From Paraphysomonas bandaiensis (Eukaryota; Protista; Chrysophyceae): a DNA stretch of 64,000 nt. The stretch lies in contig CBFFRP010000209.1 in NCBI GenBank assembly GCA_965644295.1, positions 82,036 through 146,035 of the forward strand. Reading direction: 5' to 3'. Under the pieces are notes generated by a model. That model was not told the DNA's origin. It worked only from the letters and a program-made list of their open reading frames with translations, and made no database searches. Both the position numbers and the translations under genes were made by a program. Shown here one piece after another: positions 35,958-48,777 of the stretch. Within the stretch, counting starts at the first letter, position 1. Each line of letters opens with the position of its first letter.

Positions 35958-37373
35958 CAAAATCAGACTTGTCAATTATATTAGCTCCACAGCATAGCAG
36001 CACTTGTTGTACAACGCATCCTTTGTCCAAACAGCAAACGCAGCAAAATAGCGTTTTCCAGCATCGTAGTGGAGGTGATCAGTTTGTTCTTCGCCAACTA
36101 TCTTTGGAACATAAATAGTCATTGAACATAAAATCCCTGATCATCAGATCACTGGAATTTATCGTAGCAAGATGTAGAGTCAACATGGAGAAAGATTCAA
36201 GAGGACTTTCAATAAGGTACTTTGCTATATATTGTTCGTCCTGGAGAGCAGTTCAACAAACCGAAAAGTAGTCCAGTTTATGAGAGTGGATTTCGGCGGC
36301 AGCAGAAAATTTCATACTGGTATGCGATCGGGCTCCAAGCTTCCTCGAACGTCCAACGATATTGCTCGGATTACGTGTATGCGGTGTGGACTTCGACACA
36401 GCGCTACTAATGCTTAATGTCGTCGTATTACAAATGAGAAATTTGATCCTTTAGGATTTGTCGGAAATTCCTCGTCACATTGAAGAATCAAATTTATAAT
36501 TATTGGCTCACCAGACTCAACCAGTATAGTCTTCCATGGTCTCGACTTTCTCCTGAGCATCAGGAAGAGTTATTGTCTCTTTCCGAGATCTAACCAGTCG
36601 ATGGGTGTGATCGAAACCCACGTTATCATCGAGTCCGAGAGGAGGACAGTGATGACGACTCTTCTTTCTCTACAATGGAAGAACTATTTCATATACTTCA
36701 GTTTCAAAGTAATATATCCATAAAGTATTTGATTACAATTTAATAATACTGTAATAATACAGTTCTATCTTTGGGAAACATAGGCTATGTATTCCACCAT
36801 AGGTTTGTAACTTTGATATGTGGCTATATAGTGCTCATGATGCAATATAATTCAGCCAATTACAGTAATTGCAAATATCATTTTAAAACACCCAGCGTTA
36901 AAGGCCGAGAAAAGGTAGTTCAAAACATGTATATTAAGTCAGAACTTTATAGCAGGTTAGTGCGAAGCAAATGATTCTAAAAGCCCAATATCAAAATTGT
37001 AAGCCATCCTCGCGTAGCTGTAGATGCATAGGTTGGCCATCATCTCAAAACGTTTAAGCTTATGTTACGTCACGCTTACCAAGATTATGTCGAAAAGGGC
37101 ACTCAGGTCAGCTGTAGCATTTGACCTCCCCAGGAAAATATCTGAAATATTAAAATCTTGACTTTGAAATCATTCTAGTCTTATGAGCAGCAAAAAACTT
37201 AAGATTTCTAAAACTATACGTACTAGCAGCTTAAATCTGAATATACATCTAGAACAAAAGTAAGAAAGATACTACACAAAAACATATTAAAACAGAACAA
37301 TATAGATATCTCCAAAAGACCAAAAAAGGTCGTGTTTAAAAACACGTGTTTAAATATAACAAACATGCAAGGG

Positions 37374-40300
37374 CACACAAGGCATACGAGGCTACCAAGA
37401 AGCATAACAGCACTACACACCGACATTGCCTGATGAAACGTCATGTAGACACAGCAGTCCAGTCGCGCCAGCAATATATAGCGAAAGGTGTTTGTATATT
37501 GAATCTGATACATATGGGTTTCCAACACACAAGGTATACGAGGCTACCAAGAAGCATAACAGCACTACACACCGACACTACACACCGACATTGCCTGATG
37601 AAACGTCATGTAGACACAGCAGTCCAGTCGCGCCAGCCATACGTGTATGTAATATTGAATCTGATACATATGGGTTTCGAACACACAAGGCATACGAGGC
37701 TACCAAGAAGCATAACAGCACTACACACCGACATTGCCTGATGAAACGTCATGTAGACACAGCAGTCCAGTCGCGCCAGCCATACGTGTATGTAATATTG
37801 AATCTGATACATATGGGTTTCCAACACACAAGGCATACGAGGCTACCAAGAAGCATAACAGCACTACACACCGACATTGCCTGATGAAACGTCATGTAGA
37901 CACAGCAGTCCAGTCGCGCCAGCCATACGTGTATGTAATATTGAATCTGATACATATGGGTTTCGAACACACAAGGCATACGAGGCTACCAAGAAGCATA
38001 ACAGCACTACACACCGACATTGCCTGATGAAACGTCATGTAGACACAGCAGTCCAGTCGCGCCAGCCATACGTGTATGTAATATTGAATCTGATACATAT
38101 GGGTTTCCAACACACAAGGCATACGAGGCTACCAAGAAGCATAACAGCACTACACACCGACATTGCCTGATGAAACGTCATGTAGACACAGCAGTCCAGT
38201 CGCGCCAGCAATATATAGCGAAAGGCGTTTGTATTATGAATCTGCTACATATGGGTTTCCAACACACAAGGCATACGAGGCTACCAAGAAGCATAACAGC
38301 ACTACACACCGACATTGCCTGATGAAACGTCATGTAGACACAGCAGTCCAGTCGCGCCAGCCATACGTGTATGTAATATTGAATCTGATACATATGGGTT
38401 TCCAACACACAAGGCATACGAGGCTACCAAGAAGCATAACAGCACTACACACCGACACTACACACCGACATTGCCTGATGAAACGTCATGTAGACACAGC
38501 AGTCCAGTCGCGCCAGCCATACGTGTATGTAATATTGAATCTGATACATATGGGTTTCTAACACACAAGGCATACGAGGCTACCAAGAAGCATAACAGCA
38601 CTACACACCGACATTGCCTGATGAAACGTCATGTAGACACAGCAGTCCAGTCGCGCCAGCCATACGTGTATGTAATATTGAATCTGATACATATGGGTTT
38701 CCAACACACAAGGCATACGAGGCTACCAAGAAGCATAACAGCACTACACACCGACATTGCCTGATGAAACGTCATGTAGACACAGCAGTCCAGTCGCGCC
38801 AGCTATACGTGTATGTAATATTGAATCTGATACATATGGGTTTCGAACACACAAGGCATACGAGGCTACCAAGAAGCATAACAGCACTACACACCGACAT
38901 TGCCTGATGAAACGTCATGTAGACACAGCAGTCCAGTCGCGCCAGCCATACGTGTATGTAATATTGAATCTGATACATATGGGTTTCCAACACACAAGGC
39001 ATACGAGGCTACCAAGAAGCATAACAGCACTACACACCGACATTGCCTGATGAAACGTCATGTAGACACAGCAGTCCAGTCGCGCCAGCAATATATAGCG
39101 AAAGGCGTTTGTATTATGAATCTGATACATATGGGTTTCCAACACACAAGGCATACGAGGCTACCAAGAAGCATAACAGCACTACACACCGACATTGCCT
39201 GATGAAACGTCATGTAGACACAGCAGTCCAGTCGCGCCAGCCATACGTGTATGTAATATTGAATCTGATACATATGGGTTTCCAACACACAAGGCATACG
39301 AGGCTACCAAGAAGCATAACAGCACTACACACCGACATTGCCTGATGAAACGTCATGTAGACACAGCAGTCCAGTCGCGCCAGCCATACGTGTATGTAAT
39401 ATTGAATCTGATACATATGGGTTTCCAACACACAAGGCATACGAGGCTACCAAGAAGCATAACAGCACTACACACCGAAACTACACACCGACATTGCCTG
39501 ATGAAACGTCATGTAGACACAGCAGTCCAGTCGCGCCAGCAATATATAGCGAAAGGCGTTTGTATTATGAATCTGATACATATGGGTTTCCAACACACAA
39601 GGCATACGAGGCTACCAAGAAGCATAACAGCACTACACACCGACATTGCCTGATGAAACGTCATGTAGACACAGCAGTCCAGTCGCGCCAGCCATAGCAG
39701 GTGTATGTAATATTGAATCTGATATATATGGGTTTCCAACACACAAGGCATACGAGGCTACCAAGAAGCATAACAGCACTACACACCGACACTACACACC
39801 GACATTGCCTGATGAAACGTCATGTAGACACAGCAGTCCAGTCGCGCCAGCACATAGCGAGTGTATGTAATATTGAATCTGATACATATGGGTTTCCAAC
39901 ACACAAGGCATACGAGGCTACCAAGAAGCATAACAGCACTACACACCGACATTGCCTGATGAAACGTCATGTAGACACAGCAGTCCAGTCGCGCCAGCCA
40001 TACGTGTATGTAATATTGAATCTGATACATATGGGTTTCCAACACACAAGGCATACGAGGCTACCAAGAAGCATAACAGCACTACACACCGACACTACAC
40101 ACCGACATTGCCTGATGAAACGTCATGTAGACACAGCAGTCCAGTCGCGCCAGCAATATATAGCGAAAGGCGTTTGTATTATGAATCTGATACATATGGG
40201 TTTCCAACACACAAGGCATACGAGGCTACCAAGAAGCATAACAGCACTACACACCGACATTGCCTGATGAAACGTCATGTAGACACAGCAGTCCAGTCGC

Positions 40301-43300
40301 GCCAGCAATATATAGCGAAAGGCGTTTGTATATTGAATCTGATACATATGGGTTTCCAACACACAAGGCATACGAGGCTACCAAGAAGCATAACAGCACT
40401 ACACACCGACACTACACACCGACATTGCCTGATGAAACGTCATGTAGACACAGCAGTCCAGTCGCGCCAGCAATATATAGCGAAAGGCGTTTGTATTATG
40501 AATCTGATACATATGGGTTTCCAACACACAAGGCATACGAGGCTACCAAGAAGCATAACAGCACTACACACCGACACTACACACCGACATTGCCTGATGA
40601 AACGTCATGTAGACACAGCAGTCCAGTCGCGCCAGCCATACGTGTATGTAATATTGAATCTGATACATATGGGTTTCCAACACACAAGGCATACGAGGCT
40701 ACCAAGAAGCATAACAGCACTACACACCGACATTGCCTGATGAAACGTCATGTAGACACAGCAGTCCAGTCGCGCCAGCAATATATAGCGAAAGGCGTTT
40801 GTATATTGAATCTGATACATATGGGTTTCCAACACACAAGGCATACGAGGCTACCAAGAAGCATAACAGCACTACACACCGACACTACACACCGACATTG
40901 CCTGATGAAACGTCATGTAGACACAGCAGTCCAGTCGCGCCAGCAATATATAGCGAAAGGCGTTTGTATATTGAATCTGATACATATGGGTTTCCAACAC
41001 ACAAGGCATACGAGGCTACCAAGAAGCATAACAGCACTACACACCGACACTACACACCGACATTGCCTGATGAAACGTCATGTAGACACAGCAGTCCAGT
41101 CGCGCCAGCAATATATAGCGAAAGGCGTTTGTATTATGAATCTGATACATATGGGTTTCCAACACACAAGGCATACGAGGCTACCAAGAAGCATAACAGC
41201 ACTACACACCGACATTGCCTGATGAAACGTCATGTAGACACAGCAGTCCAGTCGCGCCAGCAATATATAGCGAAAGGCGTTTGTATTATGAATCTGATAC
41301 ATATGGGTTTCCAACACACAAGGCATACGAGGCTACCAAGAAGCATAACAGCACTACACACCGACACTACACACCGACATTGCCTGATGAAACGTCATGT
41401 AGACACAGCAGTCCAGTCGCGCCAGCAATATATAGCGAAAGGCGTTTGTATTATGAATCTGATACATATGGGTTTCCAACACACAAGGCATACGAGGCTA
41501 CCAAGAAGCATAACAGCACTACACACCGACATTGCCTGATGAAACGTCATGTAGACACAGCAGTCCAGTCGCGCCAGCAATATATAGCGAAAGGCGTTTG
41601 TATTATGAATCTGATACATATGGGTTTCCAACACACAAGGCATACGAGGCTACCAAGAAGCATAACAGCACTACACACCGACATTGCCTGATGAAACGTC
41701 ATGTAGACACAGCAGTCCAGTCGCGCCAGCAATATATAGCGAAAGGCGTTTGTATATTGAATCTGATACATATGGGTTTCCAACACACAAGGCATACGAG
41801 GCTACCAAGAAGCATAACAGCACTACACACCGACACTACACACCGACATTGCCTGATGAAACGTCATGTAGACACAGCAGTCCAGTCGCGCCAGCAATAT
41901 ATAGCGAAAGGCGTTTGTATATTGAATCTGATACATATGGGTTTCCAACACACAAGGCATACGAGGCTACCAAGAAGCATAACAGCACTACACACCGACA
42001 CTACACACCGACATTGCCTGATGAAACGTCATGTAGACACAGCAGTCCAGTCGCGCCAGCAATATATAGCGAAAGGCGTTTGTATTATGAATCTGATACA
42101 TATGGGTTTCCAACACACAAGGCATACGAGGCTACCAAGAAGCATAACAGCACTACACACCGACATTGCCTGATGAAACGTCATGTAGACACAGCAGTCC
42201 AGTCGCGCCAGCAATATATAGCGAAAGGCGTTTGTAATATCTGAATTCGTTCATATGGGTTTCCAACACACAAGGCATACGAGGCTACCAAGAAGCATAA
42301 CAGCACTACACACCGACACTACACACCGACATTGCCTGATGAAACGTCATGTAGACACAGCAGTCCAGTCGCGCCAGCAATATATAGCGAAAGGCGTTTG
42401 TATTATGAATCTGATACATATGGGTTTCCAACACACAAGGCATACGAGGCTACCAAGAAGCATAACAGCACTACACACCGACATTGCCTGATGAAACGTC
42501 ATGTAGACACAGCAGTCCAGTCGCGCCAGCAATATATAGCGAAAGGCGTTTGTATATTGAATCTGATACATATGGGTTTCCAACACACAAGGCATACGAG
42601 GCTACCAAGAAGCATAACAGCACTACACACCGACACTACACACCGACATTGCCTGATGAAACGTCATGTAGACACAGCAGTCCAGTCGCGCCAGCAATAT
42701 ATAGCGAAAGGCGTTTGTATTATGAATCTGATACATATGGGTTTCCAACACACAAGGCATACGAGGCTACCAAGAAGCATAACAGCACTACACACCGACA
42801 CTACACACCGACATTGCCTGATGAAACGTCATGTAGACACAGCAGTCCAGTCGCGCCAGCAATATATAGCGAAAGGCGTTTGTATATTGAATCTGATACA
42901 TATGGGTTTCCAACACACAAGGCATACGAGGCTACCAAGAAGCATAACAGCACTACACACCGACACTACACACCGACATTGCCTGATGAAACGTCATGTA
43001 GACACAGCAGTCCAGTCGCGCCAGCAATATATAGCGAAAGGCGTTTGTATATTGAATCTGATACATATGGGTTTCCAACACACAAGGCATACGAGGCTAC
43101 CAAGAAGCATAACAGCACTACACACCGACATTGCCTGATGAAACGTCATGTAGACACAGCAGTCCAGTCGCGCCAGCAATATATAGCGAAAGGCGTTTGT
43201 ATATTGAATCTGATACATATGGGTTTCCAACACACAAGGCATACGAGGCTACCAAGAAGCATAACAGCACTACACACCGACACTACACACCGACATTGCC

Positions 43301-45449
43301 TGATGAAACGTCATGTAGACACAGCAGTCCAGTCGCGCCAGCAATATATAGCGAAAGGCGTTTGTATTATGAATCTGATACATATGGGTTTCCAACACAC
43401 AAGGCATACGAGGCTACCAAGAAGCATAACAGCACTACACACCGACACTACACACCGACATTGCCTGATGAAACGTCATGTAGACACAGCAGTCCAGTCG
43501 CGCCAGCAATATATAGCGAAAGGCGTTTGTATATTGAATCTGATACATATGGGTTTCCAACACACAAGGCATACGAGGCTACCAAGAAGCATAACAGCAC
43601 TACACACCGACACTACACACCGACATTGCCTGATGAAACGTCATGTAGACACAGCAGTCCAGTCGCGCCAGCAATATATAGCGAAAGGCGTTTGTATTAT
43701 GAATCTGATACATATGGGTTTCCAACACACAAGGCATACGAGGCTACCAAGAAGCATAACAGCACTACACACCGACATTGCCTGATGAAACGTCATGTAG
43801 ACACAGCAGTCCAGTCGCGCCAGCAATATATAGCGAAAGGCGTTTGTATATATGAATCTGATACATATGGGTTTCCAACACACAAGGCATACGAGGCTAC
43901 CAAGAAGCATAACAGCACTACACACCGACACTACACACCGACATTGCCTGATGAAACGTCATGTAGACACAGCAGTCCAGTCGCGCCAGCAATATATAGC
44001 GAAAGGCGTTTGTATTATGAATCTGATACATATGGGTTTCCAACACACAAGGCATACGAGGCTACCAAGAAGCATAACAGCACTACACACCGACACTACA
44101 CACCGACATTGCCTGATGAAACGTCATGTAGACACAGCAGTCCAGTCGCGCCAGCAATATATAGCGAAAGGCGTTTGTATTATGAATCTGATACATATGG
44201 GTTTCCAACACACAAGGCATACGAGGCTACCAAGAAGCATAACAGCACTACACACCGACACTACACACCGACATTGCCTGATGAAACGTCATGTAGACAC
44301 AGCAGTCCAGTCGCGCCAGCAATATATAGCGAAAGGCGTTTGTATTATGAATCTGATACATATGGGTTTCCAACACACAAGGCATACGAGGCTACCAAGA
44401 AGCATAACAGCACTACACACCGACATTGCCTGATGAAACGTCATGTAGACACAGCAGTCCAGTCGCGCCAGCAATATATAGCGAAAGGCGTTTGTAATAT
44501 TGAATCTGATACATATGGGTTTCCAACACACAAGGCATACGAGGCTACCAAGAAGCATAACAGCACTACACACCGACACTACACACCGACATTGCCTGAT
44601 GAAACGTCATGTAGACACAGCAGTCCAGTCGCGCCAGCAATATATAGCGAAAGGCGTTTGTATTATGAATCTGATACATATGGGTTTCCAACACACAAGG
44701 CATACGAGGCTACCAAGAAGCATAACAGCACTACACACCGACACTACACACCGACATTGCCTGATGAAACGTCATGTAGACACAGCAGTCCAGTCGCGCC
44801 AGCAATATATAGCGAAAGGCGTTTGTATTATGAATCTGATACATATGGGTTTCCAACACACAAGGCATACGAGGCTACCAAGAAGCATAACAGCACTACA
44901 CACCGACACTACACACCGACATTGCCTGATGAAACGTCATGTAGACACAGCAGTCCAGTCGCGCCAGCAATATATAGCGAAAGGCGTTTGTATTATGAAT
45001 CTGATACATATGGGTTTCCAACACACAAGGCATACGAGGCTACCAAGAAGCATAACAGCACTACACACCGACATTGCCTGATGAAACGTCATGTAGACAC
45101 AGCAGTCCAGTCGCGCCAGCAATATATAGCGAAAGGCGTTTGTATTATGAATCTGATACATATGGGTTTCCAACACACAAGGCATACGAGGCTACCAAGA
45201 AGCATAACAGCACTACACACCGACACTACACACCGACATTGCCTGATGAAACGTCATGTAGACACAGCAGTCCAGTCGCGCCAGCAATATATAGCGAAAG
45301 GCGTTTGTATTATGAATCTGATACATATGGGTTTCCAACACACAAGGCATACGAGGCTACCAAGAAGCATAACAGCACTACACACCGACACTACACACCG
45401 ACATTGCCTGATGAAACGTCATGTAGACACAGCAGTCCAGTCGCACCAG
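37374..45449 (+). repeat. 8-kb tandem satellite, about 52 units of mainly 143/152/156/165 bp
   Basis: Unit anchored on TTGCCTGATGAAACGTCATGTAGACACAGCAGTCCAGTCGCGCCAGC; two length polymorphisms (+9-bp internal variant, +13-bp duplication CTACACACCGACA). Confidence 0.98.
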
Positions 45450-45916
45450 TCATACATAGATATAATATTCAATTGATTTCTTGATATAGTTGAGTATGTT
45501 CACTTTAGTATGAGTGTTGTATTGACTGGACAGGCGTATGTATATTCGCTGCTGTTTCTGTATATTTCTATTATTTTCTAGCGAATATGACAACCTTCAA
45601 GTGAAGTGTTCCGTTTATTAACTGCAGCTCCTACTGTCGAAATCTTGAATCGATTTTCAGTTTTTTTGGGGTTATGTTTTTGATGTGTTTGGGTCCAAGC
45701 ATGGACGAAACAAACACACACATATCGGCATCCTTTGTATTTTTGTTCCAAGATGCCTCTAATATTGAGACAACAATTATCTGTATTCCAGCCGTAGTTG
45801 TATTGCAGTAATGTAGACGATTGTTGATTCAATTTATTTCCGAAAAATAAGACGCTAAACAACAGCATCCACACTCTCTCTATAAGTAGATCAATGAGCC
45901 GAGATAGACACTATCT

Positions 45917-46513
45917 ATGTTAATGATTCCAAATCAAGAAAAAGTTTTGTTGTACACCTCCCGATGGGTCAAGGATGCGATAGCATCACGTAGATTGTTA
46001 GGACGTCCACTATGTCCTTTTGCCAGTTCCATCCCACGTGATAAGTTAAAAATTAAAGTTAGTCTATGCTCTAATGAGAATAGTTTAATGGATGAAGTAT
46101 CTACGGAACTAAATTGTCTCTTTAATAACTGTACTACAGCCCCGGAGACGACGTTGGTTGTGGTCCCATATATGTTTTCCCTTTCTTACAGGGAAATGGT
46201 AAAGTTTAGCTGGAGAATAATGACTCATATTGATGACACTTCACATCTTCAAGGGCGCGTACAGGTTGTTAATTTCCACCCTTTAGCCCAAGCACAACTC
46301 TACGGCCCCTCAGATGCTGCGGATTACAAAAATAGATCTCCATTCCCAACTTTTCATCTTCTGCGAGAAGAAGATATTATGAAGGCTGTCGAACAGTCCA
46401 GATATCCTAATATCGAGAAGATTCCTTCACGTAACTCTGTTTTTTTGCGTGATATGGGGTTGCATGAGGTCAAACGAAGATTTGATACGCTGGTAGCGGA
46501 TAAATCAGATTGA
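45917..46513 (+). CDS. DUF1415-family protein
   Basis: WV...LCPFA, PETTLVV, QVVNFHP, DYKNRSPFPTFHLLRE, KIPSRN. Confidence 0.85.
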   Translation: MLMIPNQEKVLLYTSRWVKDAIASRRLLGRPLCPFASSIPRDKLKIKVSLCSNENSLMDEVSTELNCLFNNCTTAPETTLVVVPYMFSLSYREMVKFSWRIMTHIDDTSHLQGRVQVVNFHPLAQAQLYGPSDAADYKNRSPFPTFHLLREEDIMKAVEQSRYPNIEKIPSRNSVFLRDMGLHEVKRRFDTLVADKSD

Positions 46514-47402
46514 TAGCAAGTATTGATATATTGTTGCAATTTGTTACAGTAAGTGTGCTCTTGTAACAAACTTGGTAGGCGTTTTTTGTTGTTATTTTTC
46601 TGTATATATATATCTAGGGTCAAGATGGTGGAGATTCAGAGTATTTTCTGTAATTTCGTAGAGTACTGAAAGTCGTATTCAATCTTAAACGAAGAAGTGG
46701 TTGTAATTCCGGCTTTTCAGTTATAATTTAATAATCAAGAATTATATATATTCGTTTGATATATGTCCCTATATACTTATTCCCATTTTGTCTAAGAAAG
46801 GTGGGCTTTTAACCTAAATTAGGTCTAATAGAACGCTCCTATTAACACCAGGAAAATATAGACATTCAATCTCAATTTTTAATTCGAGAAGAAACTACTC
46901 TCTATCTTAATTATGATATTGACAGTCACTTGTATATGACTTCATCACATTATATATGTTTGTAGGGAAATCACAATGATGAGTCAACTCTCAAAGTTAG
47001 ATCAACAGGCACTCCAAGTTATATTCTATCATAATGACGTATGACATCAGTGCAAGTGCGCAAGTGATGTATTACCTTCATAGCAAGGACTTCGCAACAA
47101 TACTTCCAGAATGTTAGGGAAGCGTTAAAATTCCACATCTAATGCTGAAGGTAATTTGGAGCAATGACACTCAGTCCTTTTGGGGTTTGGTACACGTCGT
47201 GCTTATTAGGATTGCGTGCTTCATATCATATATCATGTACACAGTGCACAGTACACAGCATTCGAGTCAGTTGCCCTAGCAGGGATAAGCGTGATGTCTA
47301 TAAATGTGATGATATCAACGACAAAAATAATATTCGTGCGACTACAACTTTCACATTCATCGTCACACTGATTATCAATTTTCAATACCTCGCAGTTGTT
47401 AT

Positions 47403-48201
47403 CAGGTTTGCGTAACATTTAATTGGCAATTATTGCCAATTAAATTAGATGGTTTCAATATTGATAATTTCAATTATTATTATTGGTAATTGTTGCCAAT
47501 TAACTGCAACTAATTGGCTGGCTAAATTATATATATAGCATTTAAGATGTATAGCTACTGATCATAGTTACAAACCCATTATCAGAAGTTTGGATGTATG
47601 TGCACACAGTCATGTATGTTATCATTTTATTAATCATAATTGTGTGTGACAGTCAATGTAAGAGTTTCTATACACTCTAACCACGGCACGTAAGAGAGTA
47701 ATATAGCATGTCAAATATCATTGGCAAAGAACAAAAACTGAGCACCTCAACAACGATCGTCTAGATACATAGCATATAAAAGGTGATTGCAGATATTCAA
47801 CTGCTTCGAAATATTCAAGTATAGAAGTGTTAACGACGTTAAAAGTGTACCAGTATCAGAGGAAGAGAAGAAGTATGTGTGTGTGCAAGAATACACTCAT
47901 ACAGAAGATCAGTAGTGCGTATACAAAAATATACTCATACAGAGAAGCCGTAGTGTGTGTGTACAACAATATAATAATAGACTAGAATACTTATCATTAT
48001 TATTTATTCAACAGGATGGAATCGTATGAACAAATTTCATGAGTATTTTTGAACTAAAAAAACGAGGTTTGTGAATGGCAATGCAGAGAATGTCCAGTCG
48101 GGAAGGCTTATTAATTGCATTGCCAATAATTGGATGCTTGATTAATAATTGGAATTATTATTGTTGGGCATCTGTCACCAATTAATTGTTACGCAAGCCT
48201 G
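47403..48201. mobile_element. Non-autonomous hAT element (799 bp)
   Basis: 24-bp TIR CAGGTTTGCGTAACATTTAATTGG / CCAATTAATTGTTACGCAAGCCTG (2 mismatches); perfect 8-bp TSD GTTGTTAT (47395-47402, 48202-48209). Confidence 0.92.
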
Positions 48202-48777
48202 GTTGTTATTCCCTCAGTATCCTCCTGTGGAAGGGGTACATTTCTTAACTAGTACAATTGCCATCCCCTAAGCTTTTGTAAATGTCATAGAGTTGAAACA
48301 ATACATTGATTATTTTCCTAATAGTAATTAGGGTACACTTATTTCCACTTACATCAAGCAGCTACAAATAGCCAATAACTATAAATTCTACGTATGCTGC
48401 GCTTTCAACATGCATCAGGTAAATTTAACCTAGGGACAAGGAGTATCGCCCCTTGACCAAATTTCTAAAACTTGGGTGAAAAAATATACATTTTTAATGA
48501 AGCACATTTCATGTGACTACACACTACCAAGTTTTTACACTAATAACGATGCCAACTCTAAGAAAGTATGTCTAGGGTTTACGCAGTCCTGAAGGAAAAA
48601 TTACGGTAAAGTACAGTGACATCTCATGCCAACCCTAAATTTAATAATAACGATTATTACGAGTGAGACATACTATGTTGCATGCTACCGAAGAGTAAAA
48701 TCATCACACTGTATATATCCCTTGCACTCTGAAGACAGATGATTAGACACAAACCCCAATTGATACTACAATTCCCC

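Noticed and set aside
35980-36700. Possible decayed transposase next to the satellite
   Set aside because: The composition is coding-like, but frames are broken, no diagnostic motif is visible, and no TIR pair encloses the array.
37426-37500. Hammerhead ribozyme in the satellite unit (CTGATGA, GAAAC-GTC, later GAAA)
   Set aside because: CTGATGA and GAAAC overlap, leaving no stem II. The alternative pairing with GCGAAAGGCG lacks the required U-H cleavage site and is absent from short units.
37374-45449. Satellite as a CRISPR-like array or repeat-protein gene (ORFs up to 781 aa)
   Set aside because: There are no unique spacers and no cas-like genes. The 143- and 152-bp units shift frame, so the long ORFs are by-products of a stop-poor unit.
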